From contig CBDETY010000003.1 of the NCBI GenBank assembly GCA_965243025.1, positions 5,568,001-5,632,000 on the forward strand: 64,000 nt of DNA. Reading direction: 5' to 3'. Positions 9,264-19,566 of the stretch are shown here, piece by piece; position 1 is the stretch's first letter; each line of letters starts with the position of its first letter. Below the pieces are notes generated by a model. The model searched no databases, was not told where the DNA came from, and was given only the letters and a program-made list of their open reading frames with translations. Both the position numbers and the translations under genes were made by a program. Source of the DNA: Candidatus Latescibacterota bacterium. GTDB lineage: Bacteria; Latescibacterota; UBA2968; UBA8231.

Positions 9264-10184
9264 TCAGTCCTGTAGAGCTGCCTTGATCCGCGCCCACGTG
9301 ATCGACTCAACGACCGAGTCGTCCCCCGTTTCTCCGTCCGCCGGGAGCAGAAGACCATCGCCGAATCCGTCAGCTGTGGGATCGAATTCCGGAGCCCAAA
9401 CCAATCTATAGTACCCATCTAAATTTCCAGGCTTTGTGTCCGTATCTGTGAGTACCAAATCGAACCCGATTACTTTTCCTGCGCTGAGGTCTGAAGCTAC
9501 ACTTTCTTCGCTGTCGTTCCACAGCAGCCGGTCGAACGGCGTAACTGCAAACTCCACCACGTATACGACAGGGTTCTCGCCCTGGGCTATTCCTCCGCTC
9601 TCCGCATATGGAGGCTTCACCATCCAATCAGCCAAGTTACTCGTTGTCCACAAACCAAGGTGGTCCCCTTCGCGTGCCTCGGGGACGACAAGGTATATCT
9701 GGGCTTGCCGATTCCTTTGCAAATCGTTCCCCGAAAAGAACTCACCTCCACTATGATCCCCGTCGACCACAAGTCCAATGTTATCGTAATTCCCCCGAAA
9801 GTCATTGTCTCTGTTCTTAAACCCACCGATGTACACGTCGTCAATGACCTGAACCCCAAACCACAGCCGTCCCGTTTCCCCGTGCCAGCCTAACCAGACC
9901 TGAAGGTCCAGATCGCCGGGATCCCTTTCGGGGGTGTCGACAAAACGTGTATCGGCAGTGAAATCGAGAAGAGTCAGAGTCGGTTCACCCACGACAATCT
10001 CCCAGTCCTCTATCGAGCCATCCGTGAGGTCCATCATCTCCAGCATGTCGTCGGTGATCTCGGTGAACGGATAGACGACGTCCCGGACGTGGGCATGAAC
10101 TCTCATGGTTGCCGGCCCGACAGCCAGCGTCAAGGTCAACAGCCAAACCCGGGAAATCCCGACCGAGTCCTTTTCAATTCGCAT
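9264..10184 (-). CDS. Secreted CBM9-like protein with C-terminal TWARIKA motif (paralog 2)
   Basis: Last 306 aa of track ORF 9264..12200, aligns end to end with paralog 1. Start at MRIEKD. Confidence 0.75.
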   Translation of the reverse strand: MRIEKDSVGISRVWLLTLTLAVGPATMRVHAHVRDVVYPFTEITDDMLEMMDLTDGSIEDWEIVVGEPTLTLLDFTADTRFVDTPERDPGDLDLQVWLGWHGETGRLWFGVQVIDDVYIGGFKNRDNDFRGNYDNIGLVVDGDHSGGEFFSGNDLQRNRQAQIYLVVPEAREGDHLGLWTTSNLADWMVKPPYAESGGIAQGENPVVYVVEFAVTPFDRLLWNDSEESVASDLSAGKVIGFDLVLTDTDTKPGNLDGYYRLVWAPEFDPTADGFGDGLLLPADGETGDDSVVESITWARIKAALQD

Positions 10185-10324
10185 GACCAATCCCCTGAAA
10201 TTGACGACCTCCTTGATATCTCGCGGCGAACGAAAGATAAAAAAAGGTTCCCAGGAGGTAGGGGTTCCACTTCTATGGCGAGGCGGCGTTTGCACCGGTG
10301 GGCAAGCCGTCCCGGGAACCACCC

Positions 10325-12250
10325 CTACATGGTGGACAGGATCCTGCCGTTTTCGACGGTGAGCGCGTAGACGACCGCCCACCCGCCCCCGGTCAGCACC
10401 TCCCCGAGGATCAGCCCGAGGAAGAAGGGCTTGAGCGTCTGGAACAGCTTGCCGCCGCCGACGTGGAGGATGATGGCCTTGAGGATCCAGGCGATCAGCG
10501 CGGAGAACCAGATGGAGCTGGTCAGCCAGCCGAAGGCGATGGTGAAGCCGATCGGGTGCAGGGGCCACCAGTACCAGCGGTGCTGTCCCCACATCAGCAG
10601 GAACTCGAAGGCCCCCCCGATCCCCTTGAACAGCCAGCCGCGCATGTTGGCCCCGGGCATCTCTGTCGAGGTGGGGCCGATGTAGGGCCAGCCGTGGGCA
10701 CCGGCCCACTGCAGCAGGTACAGGTTGATGGCGCCGTTGCTGTAGGCGAGCTCGAGGGTGGTCCACAGCGACGCCAGCAGGCTGGCTACCAGGGCGATCA
10801 TCAGGCCCCAGAACAGCCGCTTTTTCGATCCCTTCACCGACTCGGCGAGCTTGAGGCCGTTGGAGGCGGCGACCATCGGCGAGGTGCGCGATTCCCCCTG
10901 CCAGATGAAGGTGTAGGTGAGGGCGACCAGGCCCTTGGTCCCGAGCAACGATGTACCGAACCCGGAGATGATGAAGTAGGCGGGAACGATCGGGCTGCGC
11001 GCCGTGGGAACCCCCGCGGTGGCGACGACGCGGGCAACCAGGGCGAAGAAGATGACGCTGACGACGAGCAGGATCGGGACGTACAGCCCCGGCACCCCGG
11101 AGCGCCACAGCCAGAAGCCGATGGCGGCGAAGCTGGCGACAAAGCCGACGACGGCGGTGCGGTAGCGCAGCACCTCCTCGCTGTCGTCGACCCCGTTGCG
11201 CGGGTTCCAGACGGTGCGCATCACGTCCCTGAGGTGGGCGCGGGCGCTCCACAGGCCGAAGAGGATGAAGACGATCACCGCCCCGGTCTGCTGGTGCGTG
11301 AGGTCGGCGGCGGGAGGGTACGACTCGTAGGCGCTCAGGCGCTCGGTGCTGGCGATGCCGAAGACGTTGAAGATCCCCTCCTGGATCTTGCAGAAGACGT
11401 AGAAGAACCAGACGCTGAAGGTGAGGTCGAGGCTGGCGAGGTAGAAGAAGCCGATGTAGGCGAACACGACCCTCATCGGCAGGTTGACGGTTCCCCGGAA
11501 CATCGGGAAGCTGGCGCCGAGGTCGGGGTCGGGCAGGAAGGGGAAGTGGAAGTTGAGCCCCTTCATGGTCAGGTAGATGAAGGGCAGGGAGAACCCCACC
11601 CACATGACCGGGTTGCGGAACAGGGGCGGGACCTTCGACACCGCCCCCTCCTCGCCGGCGAGCATTCCCTGCGGCAGCTGCATCATCGGGTAGGCGAGGC
11701 GCTCGTGGGTCGACCACTGGCGGTGCAGGATGCCGCTGAGACAGATGAGCATGAACCCCATGACCACCACCAGCCCGAGCCACCAGGCCATCGGCTCTAC
11801 CCACACCTCCCAGGGGATCGGGGTCCCTTTGGGCAGACCCTCGTAGTATCCCTTGATGGCCTCGGGGTCCTGGGGCACCATCCACTGCGGAATGTAGTCG
11901 AAGAAGAGCTCTTCGAAGCGGTTTTCGGGGGTAGCGTAGTAGAAGGGGTAGACGATGGTGCCGATCAGAAAGAACATCAGCCCCCAGGTCGGCACGGTCA
12001 CCGCCATCAGCAGCATGCAGTAGATGAGGACTAGGTCGGGTTTCGACAGGGCGAGCCGGCGGCCGAGGAAGGCGACGACGATGTTGGCGAAGATGACGCA
12101 GGCGAAGAAGAGCAGGGCCCCGGGCGAGGAGGGGTTGAACCCGATCCAGTGGTACTGGAAGACGGTGACGTACGGGGCGACGACCCCGATCGCCAGGCAC
12201 AGGAGCGTGCCGATGCCGAGTCCCTTCAGGCTGAAGGGGGATTTGCTCAC
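10325..12250 (-). CDS. Large polytopic membrane protein, DUF6785/DUF6784-like putative transporter (copy A)
   Basis: About 640 aa, many TMs. ERLAYP, WWPLHPIG and PFFLGLILG motifs. GTG start matches paralog B. Confidence 0.75.
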   Translation of the reverse strand: MSKSPFSLKGLGIGTLLCLAIGVVAPYVTVFQYHWIGFNPSSPGALLFFACVIFANIVVAFLGRRLALSKPDLVLIYCMLLMAVTVPTWGLMFFLIGTIVYPFYYATPENRFEELFFDYIPQWMVPQDPEAIKGYYEGLPKGTPIPWEVWVEPMAWWLGLVVVMGFMLICLSGILHRQWSTHERLAYPMMQLPQGMLAGEEGAVSKVPPLFRNPVMWVGFSLPFIYLTMKGLNFHFPFLPDPDLGASFPMFRGTVNLPMRVVFAYIGFFYLASLDLTFSVWFFYVFCKIQEGIFNVFGIASTERLSAYESYPPAADLTHQQTGAVIVFILFGLWSARAHLRDVMRTVWNPRNGVDDSEEVLRYRTAVVGFVASFAAIGFWLWRSGVPGLYVPILLVVSVIFFALVARVVATAGVPTARSPIVPAYFIISGFGTSLLGTKGLVALTYTFIWQGESRTSPMVAASNGLKLAESVKGSKKRLFWGLMIALVASLLASLWTTLELAYSNGAINLYLLQWAGAHGWPYIGPTSTEMPGANMRGWLFKGIGGAFEFLLMWGQHRWYWWPLHPIGFTIAFGWLTSSIWFSALIAWILKAIILHVGGGKLFQTLKPFFLGLILGEVLTGGGWAVVYALTVENGRILSTM

Positions 12251-12431
12251 GTCGCTGTTTTCACCGGTTGACTGCGGATTATGAGGCGGGCGGTTCGCGC
12301 TTACGATAGTGGACCGTTGCGCCCGATTGTGCAAAACCGGGGGCAGGGCGGCCGGGTGCCCTGGCAACTACCGGGCGCCGGGCTGCCCGGCCCGTCCGCG
12401 ATGGACGCCTGACTACCCTCGCATGCCCGGT

Positions 12432-14354
12432 CTACATGATGGACAGCACCCTGCCGTACTCGACCGTCAGGGAGTAGACGACCACCCACCCCCCGGCGGT
12501 CAGCACCTCTCCGAGGATCAGCCCGAGGAAGAAGGGCTTGAGCGTCTGGAACAGCTTGCCGCCGCCGACGTGGAGGATGACGGCCTTGAGGACCCAGGCG
12601 ATCAGCGCCGAGAACCAGACGGAGCTGGTCAGCCAGCCGAAGGCGACGGCGAAGCCGATCGGGTGCAGGGGCCACCAGTGCCAGCGGTGCTGTCCCCACA
12701 TCAGCAGGAACTCGAAGGCCCCCCCGATTCCCCTGAACAGCCAGCCGCGCATGTTGGCCTCCGGCATGGCGTTCGCGGTCCCGCCAATCTGGGGCCAGCA
12801 GTGGCCCCCGGCCAGTTGCAGAAGGGGGAGGTTGACGGCGCCGTTGCTGTAGGCGAGCTCGAGGGTGGTCCAGAGCGACGCCAGCAGGCTGGCGGCCAGG
12901 GCGATCATCAGGCCCCAGAACAGCCGCTTTTTCGATCCCTTCACCGACTCGGCGAGCTTGAGGCCGTTGGAGGCGGCGACCATCGGCGAGGTGCGCGACT
13001 CCCCCTGCCAGATGAAGGTGAAAGTCAGCGCCACCAGGCCCTTGGTTCCCAGCATCGAGGTGCCGAACCCGGAGATGACGAAGTAGGCGGGAACGATCGG
13101 GCTGCGCGTCGTCGGGACGCCCGCGGTGGCGACGACGCGGGCCACCAGGACGAAGAAGACGATGCTGACGACGAGCAGGACCGGGACGTACAGCCCCGGA
13201 ACCCCGGAGCGCCACAGCCAGAAGCCGATGGCGGCGAAGCTGGCGAGAAAGCCGAAGACGGCAGTGCGGTAGCGCAGCAGCTCCTCGCTGTCGTCGACCC
13301 CTTTGCGGGGGTTCCAGGCGCTGCGCATGACGTCCCGCAGGTGGGCGCGTGCGCTCCACAGGCCGAAGAGGATGAAGACGATCGCCGCCCCGGTCTGCTG
13401 ATGCACGAGGTCGGCGATGGGAGGCCACTCGTAGCCGCTGAGGCGCTCGGTGCTGGCGACGCCGAAGACGTTGAAGATCCCCTCCTGGACCTTGTAGAAG
13501 AGGAAGAAGAACCAGACGCTGAAGGTCAGGTCGAGGCTGGCGAGGTAGAAGAAGCCGATGTAGGCGAACACGACCCTTATCGGCAGGTACACGCTGCCCC
13601 GGAGCACCCAGGGGTCGGAGTCGAGGTCGGGGTCGGGAAGGAAGGGGAAGTGGAAGTTGAGCCCCTTCATGGTCAGGTAGACGAAGGGCAGGGAGAACCC
13701 CACCCACATGACCGGGTTGCGGAACAGGGGCGCGATTTTCGACCCGGCCCCCTCTTCGCCGTCGAGCATTCCCTGCGGCAGCTGCATCATCGGGTAGGCG
13801 AGGCGCTCGTGGGTCGACCACTGGCGATGGAGGATGCCGCTGAGGCAGATGAGCATGAACCCCATGACCACCACCAGCCCGAGCCACCAGGCCATCGGCT
13901 CTATCCACACCTCCCATGGGATCGGCGTCCCCCTGGGCAGGCCCTCGTAGTATCCCTTGATGGCCTCCGGGTCCCGGGGCACCATCCACTGCGGGATGTA
14001 GTCGAAGAACAGGTCTTCGAAGCGGTTTTCGGGGGTGGCGAAGTAGAAGGGGTATACGATGGTGCCGATCAGGAAGAACATCAGCCCCCAGGTCGGCACG
14101 GTCACCGCCATCAGCAGCATGCAGTAGATGAGGACGAGGTCGGGCTTGGACAGGGCGAGCCGGCGGCCGAGGAAGGCGACGGCGATGTTGGCGAAGATGA
14201 CGCAGGCGAAGAAGAACAGCGCCCCGGGAGAGGAGGGGTTGAAGCCGATCCGGTGGTAGGAGAAGACCGCCGCGTACGGGGCGACGACCCCGATCGCCAG
14301 GCACAGGAGCGTGCCGATGCCGAGTCCCTTCAGGCTGAAGGGGGATTTGCCCAC
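12432..14354 (-). CDS. Large polytopic membrane protein, DUF6785/DUF6784-like (copy B)
   Basis: Tandem paralog of copy A, nearly identical outside a few segments. Confidence 0.75.
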   Translation of the reverse strand: MGKSPFSLKGLGIGTLLCLAIGVVAPYAAVFSYHRIGFNPSSPGALFFFACVIFANIAVAFLGRRLALSKPDLVLIYCMLLMAVTVPTWGLMFFLIGTIVYPFYFATPENRFEDLFFDYIPQWMVPRDPEAIKGYYEGLPRGTPIPWEVWIEPMAWWLGLVVVMGFMLICLSGILHRQWSTHERLAYPMMQLPQGMLDGEEGAGSKIAPLFRNPVMWVGFSLPFVYLTMKGLNFHFPFLPDPDLDSDPWVLRGSVYLPIRVVFAYIGFFYLASLDLTFSVWFFFLFYKVQEGIFNVFGVASTERLSGYEWPPIADLVHQQTGAAIVFILFGLWSARAHLRDVMRSAWNPRKGVDDSEELLRYRTAVFGFLASFAAIGFWLWRSGVPGLYVPVLLVVSIVFFVLVARVVATAGVPTTRSPIVPAYFVISGFGTSMLGTKGLVALTFTFIWQGESRTSPMVAASNGLKLAESVKGSKKRLFWGLMIALAASLLASLWTTLELAYSNGAVNLPLLQLAGGHCWPQIGGTANAMPEANMRGWLFRGIGGAFEFLLMWGQHRWHWWPLHPIGFAVAFGWLTSSVWFSALIAWVLKAVILHVGGGKLFQTLKPFFLGLILGEVLTAGGWVVVYSLTVEYGRVLSIM

Positions 14355-14461
14355 GTCGTCGGTTTTACCTGTTGCCCGCGGGTGATGTGTCGGGCGGTTC
14401 CCACATGCGACAGGCGGCCCCTGCCCCTTGTCCGCTTCCGATCCCGGGACTGCCGCCGTCC

Positions 14462-15304
14462 CTATGGGTGAAGGGAAAGCTCCCGGGCTGCGGCGTACGT
14501 GATCCGCGCCAGCTCGGCCGGCGACTCTCCCCGCCGGGGGTTGGCCACCTCGAAAGTCCAGAAACCGCGGTAGCCGGCCTCGAGCAGGGCCTGCCGGATC
14601 CCCCTCCAGTCGAGGTCCCCCTGCAGCGGGGCCCAGTGGTTGTCCTGCGGGTCCTCGCCGTCGACGTCCTGCAGATGGGTGCCCCAGAGGCGCTCGCCCG
14701 CGGTCCTGATTTCTGAGGCCGGGTCGTTCCCCGAGGTCCAGGCGTGGCCGGTGTCGACGACCAGCCCCACCGCCTCCTCCGGGTAGTCGTCGACGAGGCC
14801 GCGCAGCCCGGTCATGTTCAGGAACGGGTAGTGGGAGCGGTAGGGCAGGTTCTCCAGCAGAATCCGCACCCCGGACTCAAGCGCCACCGGCGCCAGGTCG
14901 TCGAGGGAGCGCCGCGCCGCTGCGGACATGATCCCGGTCAGCTCCGGGCGTTCCGGATCCTCGACGAACCTCGGGTTCGGCACCGGGTGGATGACCATGC
15001 CGCCGGCGCCGAGGGCGCCCGACATGCGCAGGTATTCCGCGAGCAGGGCGGCCTTCTCACGCCGCCAGCCCTCCTCCGGGGCGCCGAGCACGTTGCGCAT
15101 CATCGGCGCGTGCACGGTTCCGGCGCGCAGACCGGACTCCTCGATCCGCGACCGCAGCTGCCCGAGCTCGCGGCCGGTGAAGATCCGGTCGAGGTGCCCC
15201 TCCTGCGAGGAAAGCTCGATGTGGGAATACCCGGCGGCGGCGATCCCGTCGAGGGCCTCCTGGAGCTGGTCCTTGAATCCCGCTGTGGCGTAGCTGATCT
15301 GCAT
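14462..15304 (-). CDS. Sugar phosphate isomerase/epimerase (xylose isomerase-like TIM barrel)
   Basis: LLEN, DTGH, HLQD and TFE metal motifs. Confidence 0.85.
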   Translation of the reverse strand: MQISYATAGFKDQLQEALDGIAAAGYSHIELSSQEGHLDRIFTGRELGQLRSRIEESGLRAGTVHAPMMRNVLGAPEEGWRREKAALLAEYLRMSGALGAGGMVIHPVPNPRFVEDPERPELTGIMSAAARRSLDDLAPVALESGVRILLENLPYRSHYPFLNMTGLRGLVDDYPEEAVGLVVDTGHAWTSGNDPASEIRTAGERLWGTHLQDVDGEDPQDNHWAPLQGDLDWRGIRQALLEAGYRGFWTFEVANPRRGESPAELARITYAAARELSLHP

Positions 15305-15338
15305 CGGTCCGGTCCTCCTGAGGGAAATCGGTTTTCGG

Positions 15339-16238
15339 TTACTTGATGAACAGGTGCTCGATCTCGGCGAGGGCGACATCCAGCTCCCGCAGGTCGGCGT
15401 CGTCGAGCGCCGCGGCTCCGGGCTGGCGCATCAGCGCGGACCGCAACAGGCCCCGGCGCACCAGCACTTCCTTTACGAACGGGAGCCCGAGGTTGAAGGT
15501 GAGGTGGATGAAGGGGGCGACCTGGTTGAAGACCGCCCGCGCCCCGGCCCTGTCACCGGCCTGGAAGGCGTTCCAGATCTTCACGTGGATGTCGACGATC
15601 TCCACCGAGGGCATGAAGCCGTGCGCGCCGCGCTCGAGCTCGGAGGGCATCCAGCGGCACCAGCCGCCCCCGATCACCCCCAGGCAGCCCGGAAGGTCGG
15701 CCTCTAGGAGGCCGCTGATGTTGTGGGCGCTCGGTTCCATCTCCTCCTTGATGTAGCGCACGTGCTCGACCTCGGTGAGCAGCCGCTTCAGGAAGGCGAG
15801 GTCGACCCCCGGCCCCTGCGGGGCGTGCTGAATGAACACCGGGAGCTGCGCCGCATCCGCTATGGCGCGGTAGTACTCGAAGATCTCCCGGGGGGTGGCG
15901 ACGGCGATGTAGGGCGGCATGGCGATCACCGCGGCCGCCCCGATGCGGCGGGCGAACCCGGCGTGCTCCGCCGCCACCTTCCAGGAGGGACCGGCGACGC
16001 CGGCGATGACGGGGATCTCCCCGGCCGCGGCGGAGACGACGGCTTCGAGCAGGCGCCGCCGCTCCCCGTCGGACAGGAACTGGAACTCGCTGCCCAGCAC
16101 CGGGTAGACGAGGCCGTGGGCGCCCGCCTCGATGCAGAAGGAGACCTGCCGTTCCATGCTCTCCATGTCGAGCTCGCCGCCGGCAGCCAGCGCCGTCTGC
16201 ACCACCGGCAGAATCCCCCGAATCCGCTCCTCGCTCAT
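15339..16238 (-). CDS. Dihydrodipicolinate synthase family aldolase/dehydratase
   Basis: GSEFQFLSDGER, AMPPY and YIKEE motifs. Confidence 0.88.
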   Translation of the reverse strand: MSEERIRGILPVVQTALAAGGELDMESMERQVSFCIEAGAHGLVYPVLGSEFQFLSDGERRRLLEAVVSAAAGEIPVIAGVAGPSWKVAAEHAGFARRIGAAAVIAMPPYIAVATPREIFEYYRAIADAAQLPVFIQHAPQGPGVDLAFLKRLLTEVEHVRYIKEEMEPSAHNISGLLEADLPGCLGVIGGGWCRWMPSELERGAHGFMPSVEIVDIHVKIWNAFQAGDRAGARAVFNQVAPFIHLTFNLGLPFVKEVLVRRGLLRSALMRQPGAAALDDADLRELDVALAEIEHLFIK

Positions 16239-16478
16239 TGTCGGTGCTCCCCCCGGCGCCGCTGCGCCAGCTTTTTTTCGTGAAAAATGCGCCTGTTCCC
16301 CGGCGCCGGATCCGGCGGCCGGTCCTGTCCGTCGCTGACCCCGGGGGGGTTCCACAACAAAGCACCCCCGCACCGCAACGACAAGCCGGGTCCTCCCCTT
16401 GCCGCCGGAGCCCCCGGGGCCGTTTATCCTTCGCTTCGTGTAACCGTCCACCGCTCCTGCAACTCAGAAGACTCCGAA

Positions 16479-17243
16479 ATGAAACCTGCGCGCCGAATTC
16501 TCGACCGCATCGCCGGCGGCCGGCTGACCACCGGGGTGCTCGTCACCGAGCAGCTGTTCCCGCAGATGGTCGACTACTTCAAGACCGTCGGCCTCGACTA
16601 CATGATCGTCGACCGCGAGCACGGCGCTTTCGACGACGGGCTCGTCGCCGACGTGTGCACCCTCGGGCGCATGACGGACTTCGCCGTGCTCCTGCGTCCC
16701 ATCGACTGCCAGTACTCGACCATCCGCCGCGCCATCGACCGCGGGCCGTGCGGTTTCCTGCTCCCCTCGGTGGAATCGGCCGCCGACCTCGACCGCGTGC
16801 GCGACGCCATCTACATGCCCCCCCGGGGCGGGCGCCGGCCGGGCGGCCTCGGCAACTACTGGGTGCGGGACTACTCGGCCGAAACCTGGAGGGCCGAGGT
16901 CGAGGACGACTTCATCGTGCTGCCCCAGATCGAGACCGTCGAGGGCCTGGAGAACGCCGATGAAATCGCCGCCCACGAGCTCACCACGGCGATCGCCATC
17001 GGGCCCTACGACCTGTCGCATGCCATCGGCGTCAACGCGCAGATGGACCACCCGGACTTCCTGCGGGCGGTGGCGCGCATCCGCGAGGCGGGGGAGAAGG
17101 CGGGCAGGACCATGTGGGAGATCGGCGACGCCAGCCTCGTCGCCCGCGGCTGCCGTTTCATCTGCCTCGGCGAGGCGATGGCCCATCTCAGGGGATCGCT
17201 GTCGCGGGGAATCGAGGAAGCGAGAAAGGAGGCCGGAGAATGA
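16479..17243 (+). CDS. HpcH/HpaI aldolase family protein
   Basis: DREHG, QIET and IGPYDLS motifs. Confidence 0.88.
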   Translation: MKPARRILDRIAGGRLTTGVLVTEQLFPQMVDYFKTVGLDYMIVDREHGAFDDGLVADVCTLGRMTDFAVLLRPIDCQYSTIRRAIDRGPCGFLLPSVESAADLDRVRDAIYMPPRGGRRPGGLGNYWVRDYSAETWRAEVEDDFIVLPQIETVEGLENADEIAAHELTTAIAIGPYDLSHAIGVNAQMDHPDFLRAVARIREAGEKAGRTMWEIGDASLVARGCRFICLGEAMAHLRGSLSRGIEEARKEAGE

Positions 17244-18223
17244 GCAGGTTCGCCGACTACGAGAAGGAGTTCTTCGCCAGCCAGCTCGACTCCTTCCTGC
17301 CGGGCCGCGTCTTCGACGCGCACAGCCACCTGTGGCGCGGGGAGTTCGTCGAGTGGTCGGTCCCCGGCGGGCCGGCGGACGTCGGCTACCCCGAGTACCG
17401 GGAGCTGATGGAGGACCTCCACCCCGGCCGCCACACCGCCGGGCTGTTCCTGCCCTCGGTGGCCCCCGGCGAGGACGGCAGCTTCACCAGGCAGAACGAG
17501 TGGGTCGCCGCCGCCGTCGCCGCGGCCCCGGACTGCCGCGGCATGTTCTTCGTCAGGCCCGGGGACGACCCGGAGTGGGTGCGCGAGGAGGTCAGACGGC
17601 TGGGGCTGCACGGCCTCAAGTGCTACCACACGATGGCCCCGGTCACGCCGACCTGGGAGGCGGAGATCCCCGACTACCTGCCGGAGCCTTTGGTGAAGGT
17701 CGCCGGCGAGGAGGGCTGGGCGATCACCCTGCACATGGTGAAGTCGCGGGCCGCCGCCGACCCGGGCAACATCCACTGGATCCGGCACTACTGCGAGACC
17801 TACCCGGACATGCGCCTGATCCTCGCCCACTCGGCGCGCGGGTTCCAGCCGGGGCACAACCTCGAGGGCCTGCCGCAGCTGGCCGGCCTCGACAACCTCT
17901 ACTGCGACACCAGCGTCAACTGCGAGCCGGTCGCCCACCAGGCGATCATCCGCTTCCTCGGGCACGACAAGCTGATGTACGGGACCGACCTGCCGGTCTG
18001 CCACGGACGCGGCCGCTCGGTGGGGGTGGCCGACGCGTTCCTCTGGCTCGGAGAGGAGACGCCGGTCTGGGAGGAGAAGCACCAGACCATAGAGCCGCTG
18101 GCGATCGGCCTTGAGCACCTGCGCTCGATCAAGTGGGCCTGCTGGGGGGAGCGCCTCGGGGACGCCGAGGTCGAGGACATCTTCTGGAACAACGCGGCGC
18201 GGCTTTTCGGCATCGAGGACTGA
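17240..18223 (+). CDS. Amidohydrolase family protein
   Basis: DAHSH, LAH, YGTD and NAARL motifs. ATGA overlap and AAGGAGG RBS. Confidence 0.85.
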   Translation: MSRFADYEKEFFASQLDSFLPGRVFDAHSHLWRGEFVEWSVPGGPADVGYPEYRELMEDLHPGRHTAGLFLPSVAPGEDGSFTRQNEWVAAAVAAAPDCRGMFFVRPGDDPEWVREEVRRLGLHGLKCYHTMAPVTPTWEAEIPDYLPEPLVKVAGEEGWAITLHMVKSRAAADPGNIHWIRHYCETYPDMRLILAHSARGFQPGHNLEGLPQLAGLDNLYCDTSVNCEPVAHQAIIRFLGHDKLMYGTDLPVCHGRGRSVGVADAFLWLGEETPVWEEKHQTIEPLAIGLEHLRSIKWACWGERLGDAEVEDIFWNNAARLFGIED

Positions 18224-18365
18224 CCGGAAGCCGCTGTACGTGGCCGCAGCTGTTGCGAGGCCACAGGAGATGCCGGCAGATCTGAAGGGAGCAGCAAACC
18301 CCGCCGAGTGACGGGAAGCAGAAACCCCGGCGCAGGAGGAGAAACCCCGGAAAGAGAGGACCTCG

Positions 18366-19565
18366 ATGGCCCTGGAGAAATTCACCATCTCGCGTGACGA
18401 CGGCGTGTACGAGTGCTTCCCGCACCTGTGCCTGACCCGCAGCGGCCGCATCCTCCTGGCGTACCGGGAGAGCAACGGCCACGTCGCCAGCGACTTCTGC
18501 CGCCTCGTCCTGCGCCGCAGCGACGACGCCGGCCGCACCTGGTCGGAACGCTTCGTGCTCCGCGACGAGGTCTACGAGAACGGCGTCCTCACCAAGTGGA
18601 ACTGCCCGAAGATCCAGCAGCTGGCCGACGGCCGCGTCCTGCTTCTGTGCGACCGCATCGACTTCCCGCCCGGCGAGTGGAACGCCACCGCCGGCAACGC
18701 CCGCATCGTGTTCTGGTTCAGCGACGACGACGGGGCGTCCTGGTCCGACGGGTTCGCGACCAGCGTCAACGGCATCTGCCCCGACGTCGTCACCGAGCTC
18801 GCGGACGGCACCTGGCTGCTGCCGGCCAACACCTACGCCGACGGCATGGAGCGGGTCGTCCAGAACGTCTCGGCGAGCGCCGACCAGGGGCGGACCTGGG
18901 GGCCTCCGCTCGACATCTGCCCGGACCCGGACTACCGCCTCGCCGAAGCCAGCGTCGTCGCCTGCCCCGACGGGGAGCTCGTCGTCTACCTGAGGGAGGA
19001 GTCCGGGCGTGGCCGGCCGCTGCAGAAGATGATTTCCCGGGACCGCGGCCGCTCCTGGGAGGGCCCTTTCGACACCCTCAACCCGGCCGCGCACGGCATG
19101 CCGGTATCCGGGGTGACCCGGGACGGGCTGGTGCTGACCCTCGGCCGCTTCAACCTGCGCTCGGGATGGCGCGTCGACATGAGTGAGGAGACCGTGCGCC
19201 GGCGCCTGGAGAGGCGTTCCATCGTCGTCCCCAACGTGCCGGAGAACGCCCCATTCCGGAGCCGCCTGAAACCGGGGCCCGGCACCCAGATCGACGAGCA
19301 CGAAATCGTCATCGCCGGGGGCGGCACTCCTCCTCACACCTTCGCCTTCCTCGAGCCCCTGGCCAGCGCCCTCGAAGCCGATCTCGACAGGCAGGTCGGC
19401 CTGCTGCTGCACCTGGACCACGACCGCAACAACATAAGCTGCGACAGCGGCTATACCGGCTGGGTCGAGTACGAGCGCGGCTGTTTCCTCGCCGCCAACT
19501 ACATCAACGACGACGCCCCCATGGCCCAGATCAGGGGTTACCGCTTCTCGGTCGAGGATTTCTAG
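18366..19565 (+). CDS. BNR/Asp-box repeat sialidase-like protein
   Basis: Four Asp-boxes: SDDAGRTW, SDDDGASW, SADQGRTW, SRDRGRSW. Confidence 0.85.
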   Translation: MALEKFTISRDDGVYECFPHLCLTRSGRILLAYRESNGHVASDFCRLVLRRSDDAGRTWSERFVLRDEVYENGVLTKWNCPKIQQLADGRVLLLCDRIDFPPGEWNATAGNARIVFWFSDDDGASWSDGFATSVNGICPDVVTELADGTWLLPANTYADGMERVVQNVSASADQGRTWGPPLDICPDPDYRLAEASVVACPDGELVVYLREESGRGRPLQKMISRDRGRSWEGPFDTLNPAAHGMPVSGVTRDGLVLTLGRFNLRSGWRVDMSEETVRRRLERRSIVVPNVPENAPFRSRLKPGPGTQIDEHEIVIAGGGTPPHTFAFLEPLASALEADLDRQVGLLLHLDHDRNNISCDSGYTGWVEYERGCFLAANYINDDAPMAQIRGYRFSVEDF

Positions 19566-19566
19566 G

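Noticed and set aside
8225-10184. Integron cassette array
   Set aside because: No convincing attC sites and no integrase. The intergenic region looks like an AT-rich promoter plus a hairpin.
9264-12200. 978-aa ORF suggesting a large fusion protein
   Set aside because: The first 670 or so aa are an Arg/Pro-rich alternative frame of the membrane gene. Only 9264-10184 aligns with paralogs.
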